Of a stretch of 35,159 nt of DNA, positions 34,927 to 35,159 are shown piece after piece (within the stretch, counting starts at the first letter, position 1; every line of letters starts with the position of its first letter). Position numbers and translations under genes: made by a program. Source of the stretch: Pseudogymnoascus verrucosus (taxonomy: Eukaryota); the NCBI GenBank assembly GCA_001662655.1, contig KV460247.1; one strand, given 5' to 3'. The notes below the pieces were generated by a model. That model worked only from the letters and a program-made list of their open reading frames with translations, was not told where the DNA came from and did not search any database.

Positions 34927-35159
34927 TGTAATGACACAGGGCACCGTATCACGAGAAGTTGCATATGGGAGTGCGAGTCGGATAGAAGTCGGTGCAATCC
35001 TATAGGTCTACTACGAAGGATACAAAAAAGATGAAGGTGTAACCCTGTATGGCTGTTCCCTTAAAATACCCGAAGCCGCTCCGACTCAGCTAGCTCCCTG
35101 TTTGCCTAAGGCTTCCTTACGTTATGTGCCTAAGGCTGTCAGTCGCGACTGACCCGTAA
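34927..35159 (-). mobile_element. Probable LTR inserted in the hAT relic (outer end just beyond the window)
   Basis: Sharp switch from AT-rich to normal GC at TGTAATGAC (34927). The window ends ..CCCGTAA, compatible with a CGTAACA terminus (TGTTACG..CATTACA on the minus strand). Internal short repeats GCCTAAGGCT. Confidence 0.55.

Noticed and set aside
34937..34944. CAGGGCAC resembling the left flank CAAGGCAC of the second hAT (possible TSD)
   Set aside because: One mismatch, no preceding TIR (..CAACACTG), and it lies inside the probable LTR.
1..35159. Starship or other giant mobile element; rRNA/tRNA genes
   Set aside because: No tyrosine-recombinase captain or typical auxiliary genes recognised, and no rRNA- or tRNA-like sequence seen by eye.

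Overview
Eukaryotic DNA from a filamentous ascomycete: short GT-AG introns with CTAAC-type branch points, and transposons mutated by RIP (repeat-induced point mutation). From left to right the window holds: a 3'-truncated 4-coumarate-CoA-ligase-like adenylate-forming enzyme; a secreted CrtC/Diels-Alderase/PenF-AsqO-like protein; a secreted BBE-like FAD oxidoreductase; a PTH11-like membrane protein; a ~550-bp non-autonomous hAT element (8-bp TSD) carrying a nested, RIP-inactivated 1861-bp pogo/Fot1 transposon; an Eis1-like eisosome protein; a degenerate coiled-coil relic; a stand-alone secreted CDH-cytochrome (AA8) protein; and a pseudogene with a retropepsin-like domain. Next is a compact cluster of a TRI12-type MFS transporter, three intact SDRs and an EthD-domain protein, with decayed MFS and SDR fragments inside it and clustered SYGGRG (CreA-type) motifs in both divergent promoters. 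The window ends in a transposon nest (LTR, MITE, heavily RIPed hAT, second LTR). Gene models and family calls come from manual translation and motif recognition, not database searches. No novel system can be proven from sequence alone. The best candidates are the backbone-less MFS/SDR/EthD cluster and the secreted CrtC-like + BBE-oxidase + CoA-ligase trio.
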